Source: an uncultured Actinomycetota bacterium
GTDB taxonomy: Bacteria > Actinomycetota > Actinomycetes > Mycobacteriales > Mycobacteriaceae
Direction of reading: 5' to 3'
Length of the DNA stretch: 64,000 nucleotides
Assembly (NCBI GenBank): GCA_963832935.1
Contig: CAWHWA010000010.1
Span: forward strand, 62,242 to 126,241
Positions 1-11,277 of the stretch are shown here, one piece after another; the first letter of the stretch is position 1, and each line of letters starts with the position of its first letter. Made by a program: the position numbers and the translations under genes. The notes beneath the pieces are model-generated. The model was given only the letters and a program-made list of their open reading frames with translations. It made no database searches and was not told the DNA's origin.

Positions 1-622
1 GGGTCTGCACGGCCTGCAGCGCGCCCGGGAGATCGCCGTCGCGCAGCGCTTCGGCGATACCGAGATGCTCGTGCAGGATCGTCGTCACCCGAGCCGGTTC
101 GCGCAGCGACGATTCCCCGATCATCCGCATCTGGCGGTCGCGCAGCGACGAGTAGAAATCCGACAACATCCCGTTCCCCGACTCGTCCAGGGTGATGGTG
201 TGGAAGGCCCGGTCGGCGTCGACGAATTCTCGCCAGTCGGCCGCGGCCGCGGCGTCGCGCTGGCGCGCCAACGCACCCGACAACCGCTCGAACACCGCAG
301 CACAGGCGGCGGGACCGCGTCCGACGACCTTCCTGGTGGCGAACTGCTCCAGCACCAGCCGGGCTTCGATGACCGAGCGGACCTCGTCGGGCGAAACCGG
401 GACGACGAGAGCCCCGCGCTGCGGATACAGCCGCAGCAGGCCCTCGGCCTCCATTCGCAGGAAGGCCTCGCGCACCGGCGTTCGCGACATCCCCAGCGTG
501 CTGGCGACGTCACCCTCGCTGATCAGCTCGCCGCCGGGAAACGCTCCGGTGAGCACCTGCGTCTTGACGTAGTCCAGGGCGCGGTCCTTGGCCGTGCCCG
601 GCCGGGAGTCCTTTGCTGCCAC
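1..622 (-). CDS. GntR/FCD-family transcriptional regulator (3' end runs off the window)
   Basis: Manual translation from GTG 622: MAAKDSRPGTAKDRALDYVKTQVLTGAFPGGELISEGDVASTLGMSRTPVREAFLRMEAEGLL...IEARLVLE. Has the GntR wHTH 'SRTPVREA' motif and a GAAGGGG RBS. Absent from the ORF track because it is truncated. Confidence 0.9.
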   Translation of the reverse strand, partial: MAAKDSRPGTAKDRALDYVKTQVLTGAFPGGELISEGDVASTLGMSRTPVREAFLRMEAEGLLRLYPQRGALVVPVSPDEVRSVIEARLVLEQFATRKVVGRGPAACAAVFERLSGALARQRDAAAAADWREFVDADRAFHTITLDESGNGMLSDFYSSLRDRQMRMIGESSLREPARVTTILHEHLGIAEALRDGDLPGALQAVQT

Positions 623-697
623 GTCGCCCCTTCTGGTAGCTCAGTCGTATCTCAACTGTGTCTATGACCGTACACCAAGCCAATCTACCTGCTGATA

Positions 698-726
698 TTG
701 ACACTGAGATACAAGATAGATACGAT
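698..726 (+). promoter_or_regulatory. SigA-type promoter for the cupin gene
   Basis: TTGACA (698-703), 17 bp spacer, TACGAT (721-726). AAGGAG RBS precedes ATG 765. Confidence 0.75.
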
Positions 727-764
727 TCAAACACAAGATGCACCAAGTTTTAAGGAGACACGCA

Positions 765-1799
765 ATGTCCACTGCGAACCCAGCCCAGACAGTGGCCGTG
801 AACCTGGACCCGACGATTCCCGCGCCGATGACCAACGTGGCCGAGTACGGATTCGAAGGCCGTTTCGCCGACTGGGCGGACGACGCCTGCTACTTCGAGT
901 ACTCCAAGGCCGCCAATCCGATCGGGTCTGGATATGCGCCGCAGGTTCCGATTACCCAGTTCGGGCCCGACGTGTACATGGATCAGCCGACCGGTGTGGT
1001 GCCGCTGGATCTGTCGACGGAGCTGGGCATCAAGACCGGTGCGGCGACCAGCCCCGCGCTGCTGGCCAACTTCCTGCGCATCCGCGCCGGCGAGCAGATC
1101 GACACCAGCCCCAACGCCACCTCGCAGCTGTACTACGTCCTCTTCGGGCACGGCTTCGCCGCGGTCAACGGCCAGCTGGTCAAGTGGGAGAAGGGCGACT
1201 TCCTGACCCTGCCCGCGGGTGCCCGCTCGGTGTTCTACGCCGACTCGGAGGCGGCCATGTATTGGGTGCACGACGAGCCGCTGCTGCGCTATCTCGGTGC
1301 CGAAGCGCGCGAGCCGAGGTTCCGGGCGACCAAGTTCCGCCGGTCGGACGCGGTGTCCAAGCTGGCGGAAATCGCCTCGCGTCCCGGCGCCAACGACAAG
1401 AGCCGGGTGAGTGTGCTGCTGGCTAACGAGAACCAGGAACAGACGCTGACCATCACCCACGTCCTGTGGGCCATGTTCGGGGTGCTGCCACCGAATCAGC
1501 AGCAGCGCCCGCACCGGCACCAGTCGGTCGCACTGGATTTGATCCTCGATGCGCCACCCAGCGGCTGCTACTCGCTGCTGGGCACCCGTCTCGACGAGCG
1601 CGGCAATATCGTCGATCCGATCCGGGTGGATTGGCAGGCGGGCGGTGCCTTCACCACCCCGCCGGGCATGTGGCACGCCCACTTCAACGAGACCGACAAG
1701 CCTGCCCACTTGATTCCCGTCCAGGACGCGGGGCTGCAGACCTACCTGCGCAGTCTCGACATCAAGTTCACCCAGCGTCGCGACCTTGTCGCTGGCTGA
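765..1799 (+). CDS. Bicupin, gentisate 1,2-dioxygenase-like protein
   Basis: Two cupin repeats (WEKGDFLTLP; WQAGGAFTTPPGMWHAH) and a PHRH metal motif. Start placed at the ATG after AAGGAG. Confidence 0.75.
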   Translation: MSTANPAQTVAVNLDPTIPAPMTNVAEYGFEGRFADWADDACYFEYSKAANPIGSGYAPQVPITQFGPDVYMDQPTGVVPLDLSTELGIKTGAATSPALLANFLRIRAGEQIDTSPNATSQLYYVLFGHGFAAVNGQLVKWEKGDFLTLPAGARSVFYADSEAAMYWVHDEPLLRYLGAEAREPRFRATKFRRSDAVSKLAEIASRPGANDKSRVSVLLANENQEQTLTITHVLWAMFGVLPPNQQQRPHRHQSVALDLILDAPPSGCYSLLGTRLDERGNIVDPIRVDWQAGGAFTTPPGMWHAHFNETDKPAHLIPVQDAGLQTYLRSLDIKFTQRRDLVAG

Positions 1800-1846
1800 A
1801 CGGGGCGCCGTGCGCCGTTAACAGTGGACGAATACTGTGATTTCAC

Positions 1847-2854
1847 ATGAAGTTGCCACTGCTGGGTCCGGTGTCGATCACGGGCTTTCAGAACGGCTGG
1901 TTCTTCCTATGCCTTTTGGCCGTGCTGTTGGTGATAGGGATCTACGTCGTCCAGCAATTCGCCCGACGGCGCCGGGTGCTGCGGTTCGCCAACATGGAAG
2001 TGCTGGAGCGCGTCGCGCCTGCTCGTCTGTCCCGGTGGCGGCACGTCCCGACGATCCTGCTCGCGACGTCGTTGGTGCTGCTGACGACGGCGATGGCCGG
2101 GCCGACCAGCGAGGTCCGGATTCCGCTCAACCGCGCGGTCGTGATGCTGGTGATCGACGTCTCGGAGTCCATGGCCGCCACCGATGTGGCTCCGAACCGG
2201 CTGGCCGCCGCGCAGGAGGCCGGTAAGCAATTCGCCGACGAGTTGACGCCGGCCATCAACCTCGGGCTGGTGGCATTCGCGGCCAACGCCACCCTGCTGG
2301 TTTCTCCGACGACGAACCGCGGCGCCGTGAAAGCCGCGATCGACGGCCTGCAGCCGGCGCCGAAAACCGCGACCGGCGAAGGTCTTTTCACCGCACTGCA
2401 GGCAATTGCCACGGTCGGTGCGGTCATGGGAGGCGGCGACGGTCCGCCACCTGCACGCATTGTGTTGGAGTCCGACGGCGCCGAGAACGTCCCGCTTGAC
2501 CCCAACGCTCCGCAGGGAGCGTTCACCGCGGCGCGGGCGGCCAAGGACCAGGGCGTGCAGATATCGACGATCTCCTTCGGTACGCCCGACGGCACCGTCG
2601 TTTATCAGGGCGCCACCATCCCTGTTCCGGTCGATGATCAGACCCTGCAGGAAATCTGCAAGATCACCGACGGCCAGGCGTTCCATGCCAACAGCCTCGA
2701 TTCGCTCAAGGAGGTCTACGGGACGCTGCAGCGTCAGATCGGTTACGAGACCGTGAAGGGCGACGCGAGCCTGGCGTGGATGCTGCTCGGTTCGGTCCTG
2801 ATGGCCGGCGCGGTCTTGGCCGGGCTGTTCCTGAACCGCAGGCTGCCCGCCTGA
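1847..2854 (+). CDS. VWA-domain membrane protein (BatA/Rv1481-like)
   Basis: N-terminal TM helices, MIDAS motif DVSES, TATGEG, LESDG, C-terminal TM ending NRRLPA. Confidence 0.9.
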   Translation: MKLPLLGPVSITGFQNGWFFLCLLAVLLVIGIYVVQQFARRRRVLRFANMEVLERVAPARLSRWRHVPTILLATSLVLLTTAMAGPTSEVRIPLNRAVVMLVIDVSESMAATDVAPNRLAAAQEAGKQFADELTPAINLGLVAFAANATLLVSPTTNRGAVKAAIDGLQPAPKTATGEGLFTALQAIATVGAVMGGGDGPPPARIVLESDGAENVPLDPNAPQGAFTAARAAKDQGVQISTISFGTPDGTVVYQGATIPVPVDDQTLQEICKITDGQAFHANSLDSLKEVYGTLQRQIGYETVKGDASLAWMLLGSVLMAGAVLAGLFLNRRLPA

Positions 2855-2860
2855 CGTCGA

Positions 2861-3845
2861 TCAGGCCGGCAGGCGCCGGTTGATCAACAGCGCCAACACC
2901 GTGGCGATCAAGGCGGTCAACACACCGAGGCGCAGCCAACCGGAACCGCCGGGCCCGGCCACGATGCGATACCCGATCTCGTTTCTGGATGTCGTTGTAG
3001 TCCTTGTTGAGCTCGGCGAGATTAGCCGCGGTGTAGGACTGTCCGCCGGCCAGCCGGGCGATCGTCTTCATCTGGTCCGCAGAGACGGGGACATTCACTC
3101 GCACCCCGTCCAGGCTGATGCTGCCGGTCGGGGTGCCGAACGAGATCGTCGAGATGGGCACGCCCTTGTCCTTGGCCAGGCGCGCGGCGGTGTAGGCGCC
3201 GTCGTGCGGATCACCGGGATCTGTCGGTCGGTTCTCGCCGCCGTCGGACAGCAGCACAATCCGGGCCGGCGGCGGAGTGTCCCCGCCGGCGATGTTGATC
3301 GCGTCGATCGCGTGCAGAGCGGTGTAGATGGCTTCACCAGTCGCCGTGCCGTCGCCGAACTGCAGCTTCGGCAGGGCATCGATGGTGGCCTGGTGCTGCG
3401 GGGTCGGCGGCACGAGCAGGTAGGGCGTTCCCGCGAAGCCGACGAGTCCGAGGTTGATACCCGGCGTCAGCTGAGCGGCGAACTTGCTGGCGGCTTGCTC
3501 GGCGGCCTTGAGCCGGTCGGGCTCGACGTCGGTTGCGCGCATGGATTGCGAATTGTCGATCACGAGCATCACCACGGCGCGGTTGCGCGGGATGCGCATG
3601 TCGTGGGTCGGGGTGGCCAGCGCGATGGTCAGCAGCGCCAGGCTGAGCAGCGACACAGCAATCGGCAGGTGTCGCCACAACGACTGCGGCACTTCAGCAT
3701 CGGTGTACCGGCGCAGCCGGCGTCGGCGCCGGCCCTGGACGAGGACGTAAACGGCGAGCAATGCCAGCGGGATCAACCCGAACAGCAACAGGGCCGGACG
3801 CTGGAATCCGTACAGCGGCAGCGGTCCGATCACCGGAAGCGACAT
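2861..3845 (-). CDS. VWA-domain membrane protein paralogue (frameshift near 2985)
   Basis: DNSQS MIDAS, TATGEA, LLSDG. The alternative frame after ~2985 ends LALLINRRLPA* at 2861. Confidence 0.85.
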
Positions 3846-3933
3846 TCAGTTCACCTCCCCGTCGGGCCGCCCTGGATCTCCGGCGGACGCTGCCGCCAGT
3901 AAAGAGGAGACTCGATGGGCCGTCAAACGGGTG

Positions 3934-5280
3934 CTATTCGCGCCGGAGCCGCGAATCGACGAACTTTTCCAGTTCCTCCCATTCCCGCACCGCCGCCGAA
4001 TACGGCGACGCGGGTTTGCCCACCGAGCCGGGCTCCAACACGTAGGCCACCAGCTTGCCCAGGGGCCGGCCCGGCTCCAGGGTCTTGTCGACCGTGCTCT
4101 CCTCGGAGTAGTCACCGATGTCGCGGAGCAGCTCGACGGCGAGGTCGAGCTGCTCACGATCCACGGCGTCGGGCCCGTCGGCGAAGTCATCGGCCAGCCC
4201 GCTGAGCACGTAGACGTTCTCGTCGGTGACCTCCACGGCAAGGGACCCGTCGGTCGCGGCGGTACGGATGTCGTCGTAGGTGCTCAAATCCGACAGGTCA
4301 TGGTCGTGCTCGTCGGCCAGGTAGCGCGCCAGCGTCCGCTCGGAGCTGAACACGCTGATCCGTCCGTTGCGGCCCAAGAAGATCGGGCGATCGTCCAGGT
4401 AGCAGCGCAGCGTGTAAAACGTGCCCGAACTCGTCATGATGCGGACCGGGTCGATACCCACCTGTATCCAGAAGTCCTCGTCGCTGCCCAGCACGGAGGT
4501 GTCGCCGGGCGCGCGCTCCTCGGCTTCCTCTGCCGCGGTGTCCTCTTCGTCCTCGTCCTCGGCTTCGTCGGCTTCGTCGTCGGTGTCTTCGTCGGCCTCG
4601 TCGGCCTCTTCGTCCTCGTCCTGGGCCTCATCGACGGCTTCGCCGTCCGACTCGTCCTCGGTGTCTTCTTCGGGCTCGTCACGTTCTTCGGCGAGTTCGT
4701 CGGCGGCCTTTTCCGCCGCCGCCGCATCGACCTCGGGAATGCTGATGACGTCGTCGATCGCGCTGATCACGTCGTCCCAGCTGCGCCCGATGATCTCGGC
4801 GATCGAATTCCAGCGTTTGCCGCCCGCCTTGCCGGTGAAGTGGTCGAACCCGCCGGACACCGTGCCCAGGGTGGGGTTGCCGTTGAAGAACTTCGACACC
4901 GCCGCCAGCTCGCACACCGATCCGATCGACGACACGATGGCCAGCGCGGCGGCCAGGGCGCTCACCGACTCTTCGGTCGGCTTCTCGGCCACCAGCTCCT
5001 CGACAGCGACCAGGTCGAACTGCTTGTCCTTGACGGGGTCGAGACTGTGCGCGTGCGCCGTCGTCAGGTCCTTCCACGCCGGATGATCGACCAGGTCGTT
5101 GTCGGCGTCGGACCGCACGAACGCGACGAGATCGGCAACCTCCTCGAAGGCATACAGGTCGTCGTCCTTGCCCAGGAACGCCTCCCATTCGTCGCCTGAG
5201 TCGCGCCAGCGCGGTGCCCACACGGTGTAGCGGTCCCCGTCGGACAGGCTCAGACGGATGGGGACGAGGTCAGCAGCCAT
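3934..5280 (-). CDS. Conserved actinobacterial protein (Rv3311-like) with long acidic linker
   Basis: MAADLVPIRL...YTVWAPRWR...WEAFLG; D/E-rich central tract; synteny with sapM. Confidence 0.8.
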   Translation of the reverse strand: MAADLVPIRLSLSDGDRYTVWAPRWRDSGDEWEAFLGKDDDLYAFEEVADLVAFVRSDADNDLVDHPAWKDLTTAHAHSLDPVKDKQFDLVAVEELVAEKPTEESVSALAAALAIVSSIGSVCELAAVSKFFNGNPTLGTVSGGFDHFTGKAGGKRWNSIAEIIGRSWDDVISAIDDVISIPEVDAAAAEKAADELAEERDEPEEDTEDESDGEAVDEAQDEDEEADEADEDTDDEADEAEDEDEEDTAAEEAEERAPGDTSVLGSDEDFWIQVGIDPVRIMTSSGTFYTLRCYLDDRPIFLGRNGRISVFSSERTLARYLADEHDHDLSDLSTYDDIRTAATDGSLAVEVTDENVYVLSGLADDFADGPDAVDREQLDLAVELLRDIGDYSEESTVDKTLEPGRPLGKLVAYVLEPGSVGKPASPYSAAVREWEELEKFVDSRLRRE

Positions 5281-5384
5281 GCGGCACAGAATAGCGACGG
5301 CCAACGAAGACGCCGGGCCCGGTGGCCGCTACGCCCGGTGACGGCGAGCGCCGGAACGGCGCGAGCAAGGAGCCGGGCAATCGA

Positions 5385-6287
5385 TTACGCACCCCAGATG
5401 CTGGCGATCGGGGGAGCTTGGGCCGCATTGCCGGTCTTGGGCAGCCCGTACATCTGCTCGATGGTGGACAGCACGTTGTAGTGGCTCATCTGCTCGCTGT
5501 AGGTGCCCGGTTGGACATGCGCGCCGTAGATCACCGTCGGGATCTGGTTGTGGCTGCCTGGCGAACCGGATCCGTCGTCCTCATCCCAAGTCACGATCAG
5601 CAGGCTGTTGTTGGCCACCGCCCAATTGGCGTACCCGGACAGCTGCCGATTCAGCCAGGCGTCGCCCTGCGCGACCGAGCCGTCGTGCATGTTGTTGTCG
5701 TTGTTGGGAATGACGAACGAGACCGTTGGCAGGCTGTCGTAGTTGCCCATCGGAAATGCGGAGAACGGCGCCGAATTCGCCGGCGGCACATTGGCGAAAT
5801 TGGCCCACGGCACATGCTTGCGCGCGTACTTGCCCGCGCTGCACACGGGCGAGCCGACGGCGGGCAGGTCTTCGGCATAGCCGATGAATGTGTATCCGGC
5901 GCCAAGCAATTCGGATGCCATGTTGGGAGCATTGCCGGCGTTGACCGGGCACGAGTCCTTCGTCACTCCAAATGTGTTGCCGGCGAAGAGCGCCAAATAG
6001 TTCGGCTCGCTGGGGTGGGTTTCGGCGAATGACTGGACCATGTTCGCGCCATGGGAGGCAAGGGCATTGATGAACGGGTTCTGCGGGCTGCCGATGATGT
6101 GGCCCTCAGAGCGGTTCTCTTCCACCACGATGACGATGTGCGCGGGCCTCGGCAGCGCGGCAGCGGCGATCACGTGAGGAGCCAACGGGGTGGCCGCCAG
6201 CCACGTCAGCGCCACCGCGCCGGCCACAACGAGGGCGCGGGACGCCCAGCTGATCAACCTTCTGGGACTTTGAATCTCGCGAAACAC
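5385..6287 (-). CDS. sapM: Secreted acid phosphatase SapM (phosphoesterase family)
   Basis: HIVIVVEENRS, THPSEPNYLAL, YARKHVPW, MHDG, TWDEDD; signal peptide. Start estimated at GTG 6287. Confidence 0.88.
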   Translation of the reverse strand: MFREIQSPRRLISWASRALVVAGAVALTWLAATPLAPHVIAAAALPRPAHIVIVVEENRSEGHIIGSPQNPFINALASHGANMVQSFAETHPSEPNYLALFAGNTFGVTKDSCPVNAGNAPNMASELLGAGYTFIGYAEDLPAVGSPVCSAGKYARKHVPWANFANVPPANSAPFSAFPMGNYDSLPTVSFVIPNNDNNMHDGSVAQGDAWLNRQLSGYANWAVANNSLLIVTWDEDDGSGSPGSHNQIPTVIYGAHVQPGTYSEQMSHYNVLSTIEQMYGLPKTGNAAQAPPIASIWGA

Positions 6288-6391
6288 CCGGGGAGCATAT
6301 GAGCCCGAGTGTCGCGACCGACGGCAGGCGCGCGAGCGTGTCAGCAGCACTTTAGGCAACCGAAGTCGGATCGTTATATACCCTCGAGCGC

Positions 6392-7165
6392 ATGGAGGTG
6401 CGCGTAGTTGATCACCCGTTGGCCGCAGCCCGGCTGACCTCGCTGCGAGACAAACGCACCGATGCGGCCGGCTTTCGGGCCGCGCTGCGCGAGCTGACGC
6501 TGGTACTGGTTTACGAGGCCACCCGGGACGCGGCCAGTGAGCCGGTCCGGATCCGGACGCCACTGGCCGAGACGTTCGGGAGCCGACTGCTCAAACCGCC
6601 GCTGCTGGTTCCGGTGTTGCGTGCCGGGCTGGGGATGGTCGACGAGGCGCAGGCCGCGATCCCGGAGGCCGAGGTCGGGTTCGTCGGCGTCGCCCGCGAC
6701 GAGGAAACTCATCTGCCGTTTCCGTACATGGAATCGTTGCCCGAGAAGCTCAAAGGCCGACCGATCATGGTGCTTGACCCGATGCTGGCGACCGGCGGGT
6801 CGATGACGTACGCGATCGAACTGCTGCAGGGCCGTGGCGCGACGGATATCAGCGTGCTCTGTGTGGTGGCCGCGCCGGAAGGCCTTGCGGCGGTTGAGAA
6901 AATAGCGCCGAACGCGCGAGTGTTCACCGCGGCGGTCGACAAAGGGCTCAACAAGTCGGCGTTTATCGTGCCGGGTCTCGGCGATGCGGGCGACCGTCAG
7001 TTCGGGCCCCGCATATCTACCAGTGCTCCACCGAAGCGACCAACTCCGCGCGCAGCGCATGGGCATAAGTCCGGGAAGAAGTCAGGTCGTCGGAATCCGC
7101 GCAGCGAATCTCCAAGTAGCACTTCAGCTTCGGCTCGGTCCCGGAAGGCCGCACCACCACCCTGA
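6392..7165 (+). CDS. upp: Uracil phosphoribosyltransferase (C-terminal extension after ~7012)
   Basis: [21 protein letters not shown] (PRPP loop), [14 protein letters not shown]. Confidence 0.95.
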   Translation: MEVRVVDHPLAAARLTSLRDKRTDAAGFRAALRELTLVLVYEATRDAASEPVRIRTPLAETFGSRLLKPPLLVPVLRAGLGMVDEAQAAIPEAEVGFVGVARDEETHLPFPYMESLPEKLKGRPIMVLDPMLATGGSMTYAIELLQGRGATDISVLCVVAAPEGLAAVEKIAPNARVFTAAVDKGLNKSAFIVPGLGDAGDRQFGPRISTSAPPKRPTPRAAHGHKSGKKSGRRNPRSESPSSTSASARSRKAAPPP

Positions 7166-8507
7166 TCGAGGTGTTGTCGTCACCGGCGGTGAAGACCAGC
7201 GCGTCGCCTATATCGGTGGTGCTCGCCGTGAACCCGGCCAGCGCACCGGGTGGGGCGTTGCGCAGCCGCCGCATGAGTTCGGCGGCCTCGGCGCTGTCGG
7301 CGACCCGCCGCGATACCGCCGCAACCTCGTGTACGCCGTATTGCCGGGCGAGTTCGTCGAGCACGTCGGGTATCGAACGGCCCTGCTGTTTGCGCGCGGC
7401 AACCAGGTCGCACACCAGCACCGCGGCGCTGATGCCGTCCTTGTCGCGCACCGCGGCCGGATCCACGCAGTGGCCGATCGCTTCTTCGTAGGCGTAGACC
7501 AGCCTGCCGCCAGGCACGCGCGAATCGGCGCGCGCCAGCCATTTGAAGCCGGTCAGGGTCTCGACGTGGACCGCGCCGTAGTGGGCGGCGATCTCGCCCA
7601 GCATTCGGGAGGACACCACGGTGCTGGCAACCACGGCAGTGTCCGCCCGCTCGTGAGACAGGATGTAATCGCCTAGCAGCCAGCCGGTTTCGTCGCCGGA
7701 CAGCATCCGCCATCCCGTCGCGGTGGGTATGCCCACCGCGCAACGGTCGGCGTCGGGGTCAAGGGCAATCGCGATGTCGGCCTCGACATCGGCGGCCAGG
7801 GCGAGTAGCGCGTCGGCGGCGCCGGGCTCCTCGGGGTTCGGAAACGCGACGGTGGGGAAGTCGGGGTCCGGCGCGAACTGGGCGCCGACGGTGTGCACCT
7901 GCTCGAAGCCGGCGCGGTGCAGCGTCTCGACGGCCACCGCGCCGCCAACCCCGTGCAGCGGAGTCAGGGCTACCCGCACCGAACCGGTGGCGCGCCGCAC
8001 CCCGGCCGCACGTTCGATGTAGCGCTCGACCAGGTCGGTGTCCGCGGGCGTCACCGGTTTTCGGGCGATCTGGTCGGCGGGAGGCGCTGTCGCCATTGCG
8101 GTTTCGATCTGGGTGTCGGTGGGAGAGATGATCTGTATGCCACCGTCGAAGTACACCTTGTAGCCGTTGTCGGACGGCGGATTGTGTGAGGCCGTGATCT
8201 GGATCCCGGCGGCGGCGCCGGTGTGACGCACCGCGAATGCGACCACCGGCGTGGGCACCGGGCCGGGAAACAAAAGCACCGAAAAGCCTTCGGCGGCGAG
8301 CACTTCCGCGGTGACCGTGGCGAAGATCGCCGAGCCGTGCCGGGCGTCGCGCCCGACGATCACCTGCGACCCGGCCAGGCCGCGATCGGTAAGTACCTGT
8401 GCCACTGCCCACGTGGCACGCGACACCACCGCGACGTTCATGGCGTCCGGGCCGTCGCGCACCGGACCGCGCAGCCCCGCGGTGCCGAACTTCAATGGTT
8501 GTGTCAC
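7017..8507 (-). CDS. pmmB: Phosphomannomutase/phosphoglucomutase
   Basis: [14 protein letters not shown] (phospho-Ser), DPDADR metal loop, [10 protein letters not shown]. Confidence 0.9.
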   Translation of the reverse strand: MTQPLKFGTAGLRGPVRDGPDAMNVAVVSRATWAVAQVLTDRGLAGSQVIVGRDARHGSAIFATVTAEVLAAEGFSVLLFPGPVPTPVVAFAVRHTGAAAGIQITASHNPPSDNGYKVYFDGGIQIISPTDTQIETAMATAPPADQIARKPVTPADTDLVERYIERAAGVRRATGSVRVALTPLHGVGGAVAVETLHRAGFEQVHTVGAQFAPDPDFPTVAFPNPEEPGAADALLALAADVEADIAIALDPDADRCAVGIPTATGWRMLSGDETGWLLGDYILSHERADTAVVASTVVSSRMLGEIAAHYGAVHVETLTGFKWLARADSRVPGGRLVYAYEEAIGHCVDPAAVRDKDGISAAVLVCDLVAARKQQGRSIPDVLDELARQYGVHEVAAVSRRVADSAEAAELMRRLRNAPPGALAGFTASTTDIGDALVFTAGDDNTSIRVVVRPSGTEPKLKCYLEIRCADSDDLTSSRTYAHALRAELVASVEHW

Positions 8508-8519
8508 AACACCATTCCG

Positions 8520-9335
8520 CTAAATCCGGGCTATCCGCTTAATGACCGAGGCCAGCAGAGCGCCGATCCGGGACGCCGATGCGGCGCCGGCGGCCACCAC
8601 ATCGGCGTGGCTCAGCGGCGCGCCGGTGATACCGGCCGCCAGGTTGGTCACCAGCGAAATGCCCAGCACCTCGGCACCGGCCGCTCGGGCCGCGATCGTC
8701 TCATGCACCGTCGACATGCCGACCAGGTCGGCGCCCAATGTCTGCAGCATCCGGATTTCGGCCGGCGTCTCGTAGTGCGGCCCGGGCAGGCCGGCGTACA
8801 CGCCTTCGGTCAGCTCGGGGTCGGCCTCCCGGGCGAGCCGCCGCAGCCGCGAGGCGTACGCGTCGGTGAGATCCACGAACTGGGCGCCGACCAACGGTGA
8901 ACGCGCGGTCAGGTTCAGGTGATCGCTGATCAGTACCGGCTGTCCGACCCGCATGTCGGTGCGCAATCCGCCGGCCGCGTTGGTCAGCACCACGATGCCG
9001 GCCCCGGCCGCGCAGGCCGCCCGGACCGGGTGGACGACGTGACGCAGGTCATGGCCCTCGTAGGCGTGCACGCGTCCGGCCAGTACCAGCACCTGGTGCT
9101 CACCGATGCGCACCGACAACAGCTCACCGGGATGGCCGACCGCGCGCGGTGGTGCGAAGCCGGGAATGTCGGCCTGCGGCAGCACGACAGTCGGGGAGCC
9201 CAGCTCGGCGATCGCCGGCGACCATCCCGAGCCGAGAACGATTGCGACGTCGTGCTCGGCTATCCCCGTTAGCTCGCGGATGGAATGCGCCGCGCGCCGC
9301 GCGAGTTGAAGAGTCTCGAATGCAACGTCGGTCAC
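8520..9335 (-). CDS. deoD: Purine nucleoside phosphorylase
   Basis: [36 protein letters not shown]. Start estimated at GTG 9335. Confidence 0.92.
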   Translation of the reverse strand: MTDVAFETLQLARRAAHSIRELTGIAEHDVAIVLGSGWSPAIAELGSPTVVLPQADIPGFAPPRAVGHPGELLSVRIGEHQVLVLAGRVHAYEGHDLRHVVHPVRAACAAGAGIVVLTNAAGGLRTDMRVGQPVLISDHLNLTARSPLVGAQFVDLTDAYASRLRRLAREADPELTEGVYAGLPGPHYETPAEIRMLQTLGADLVGMSTVHETIAARAAGAEVLGISLVTNLAAGITGAPLSHADVVAAGAASASRIGALLASVIKRIARI

Positions 9336-9378
9336 ACTGCGCGAGCTTAGCTTCGCTACATATGTCAGGATTTCCCGC

Positions 9379-10041
9379 ATGAGTTTTGGTAGGTGGCCGA
9401 TTGTCGGCGCGCTCGTTGCTGTAGCGGTCTCGATGGCCGCGCTCGTTAGCGTCCCGGCGCCGAGGGCGGGAGCGGACTGCCCCGACGTCCAACTCATCTT
9501 CGCCCGCGGTACCAACGAGCCACCCGGCCTGGGTGTCGTGGGTGATGCGCTCTTCGCCGCGCTGCAGCCCGCCCTGGGCGGACGCAACTTCGACAACTAC
9601 CCGGTGAACTATCCGGCCAGCTACAACTTCCTGACCACCGGCGACGGCGCCAACGACGCCCGCGATCACATCGCGGCGATGGTCGACCAGTGCCCGGGCA
9701 CCCACCTGATCCTCGGCGGCTTCTCGCAGGGCGCCGCCGCGGTCTCGATGCTGGCCGGGGTACCGCCGCTGGGCAACACCATCGGTGAGTTCGGGTCGGC
9801 TCCGGCGCTGGACCCCGGCCTGGCCAGCAAGATCAGGGCCGTCGCGGTGTTCGGCAATCCCGGCAACCGGTTCAACACCCCCCTGTCGACCGCGGGGCAG
9901 TTCGCCGGCCGTGCCATCGACCTGTGCAGCCCCGGTGACCCGGTCTGCGTCGTCGGCGGTCGCGACCGGGACGCGCACCACGACTATTCGATACCGCCCT
10001 ACCCCGACCAGGCGGCGAGCTTCATCGCCGGACGGGTGTAG
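9379..10041 (+). CDS. Secreted cutinase-like protein
   Basis: Signal peptide, [17 protein letters not shown] nucleophile motif, C-x3-DPVC, catalytic His (AHHDY). Confidence 0.92.
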   Translation: MSFGRWPIVGALVAVAVSMAALVSVPAPRAGADCPDVQLIFARGTNEPPGLGVVGDALFAALQPALGGRNFDNYPVNYPASYNFLTTGDGANDARDHIAAMVDQCPGTHLILGGFSQGAAAVSMLAGVPPLGNTIGEFGSAPALDPGLASKIRAVAVFGNPGNRFNTPLSTAGQFAGRAIDLCSPGDPVCVVGGRDRDAHHDYSIPPYPDQAASFIAGRV

Positions 10042-10091
10042 CGGCCGCCGGGGCGGTCAGCCGCGGTTTCGGTCGGTGAGATACTGCGAGG

Positions 10092-11277
10092 ATGCCCACC
10101 AACACCGCATTGGACAGCGTCGAGAGCGCAGTGCGGCGTCGTGGCGTCGACCTCGTCGAGCTCTCACACGCAATCCACGCCGAGCCCGAGTTGGCGTTCG
10201 CCGAGCATCGTAGCTGCGCCAAAACGCAGGCACTGGTCGCCGAGCGAGGCTTCGAGGTCACCCCGGCCGCCGGCGGCCTGGACACCGCCTTCCGTGCCGA
10301 TTTCGGCAGCGGACCGCTGGTGATCGGGATCTGCGCCGAGTACGACGCCCTGCCCGAGATCGGACATGCCTGCGGCCACAACATCATCGCGGCCTCGGCG
10401 GTCGGAACCGCGCTGGCGCTGGCCGAGGTGGCCGACGAGCTGGGCCTCACCGTTGCCCTGATCGGCACCCCCGCCGAGGAGGCCGGCGGCGGCAAGGCGC
10501 TGCTGCTGAAGGCCGGAACGTTCGACGACATCGCGGCGGCCGTGATGCTGCATCCCGGGCCCACCGACATCGCCGGGGCCCGCTCGCTGGCTTTGTCCGA
10601 GGTGACGGTGGACTACCGCGGCAAGGAATCGCATGCCGCCGTCGCCCCGTATCTCGGCGTCAACGCCGCCGACGCCATCACCGTCGCGCAGGTGGCGATC
10701 GGCTGCTGCGGCAGCAACTGGCGCCCGGTCAGCTGGTGCACGGGATCGTCACCAACGGCGGGCAGGCGGTCAACGTCATCCCCGGCCACGCGAGCTGCGG
10801 TACACGATGCGGGCGACCGAACTTGATTCGCTGCGCCGAGCTCGAGGGCAGGATGGCCGCGCTGCTTTGCCGCCGGCGCGCTGGCCACCGGCTGCGAATA
10901 CGAAATCGACACGCCGTCACCGCCATACGCCGAGCTCACGCCCGACCGATGGCTGGCCGAGGTTTGTCGCGACGAGATGCGCCGGCTGGGGCGCGAGCCG
11001 GTGGCACCCGAAATCGAGGCGACGCTGCCGATGGGCAGCACCGATATGGGCAACGTCACCCAGGTGATGCCGGGCATCCACCCGATGATCGGTATCGATG
11101 CCGGTGGCGCCACGGTCCACCAGCCGGCGTTCGCCGCTGCCGCCGCCGGTCCCAGCGCCGACAACGCGGTGGTCGAGGGCGCGATCATGCTGGCCCGCAC
11201 GGTCGTCGCGCCTCGCCCAGGACGGCGCCGAACGGGACCGGGTATTGGCTGCGGTGGAACGCCGGGCCGGCAGATGA
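10092..11277 (+). CDS. amiB1: M20 amidohydrolase AmiB1 (frameshifts ~10700-10870 and ~11210)
   Basis: IHAEPELAFAE, AEYDAL, GHACGHN, GTPAEE, GSTDMGNV assembled across frames. Confidence 0.8.
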
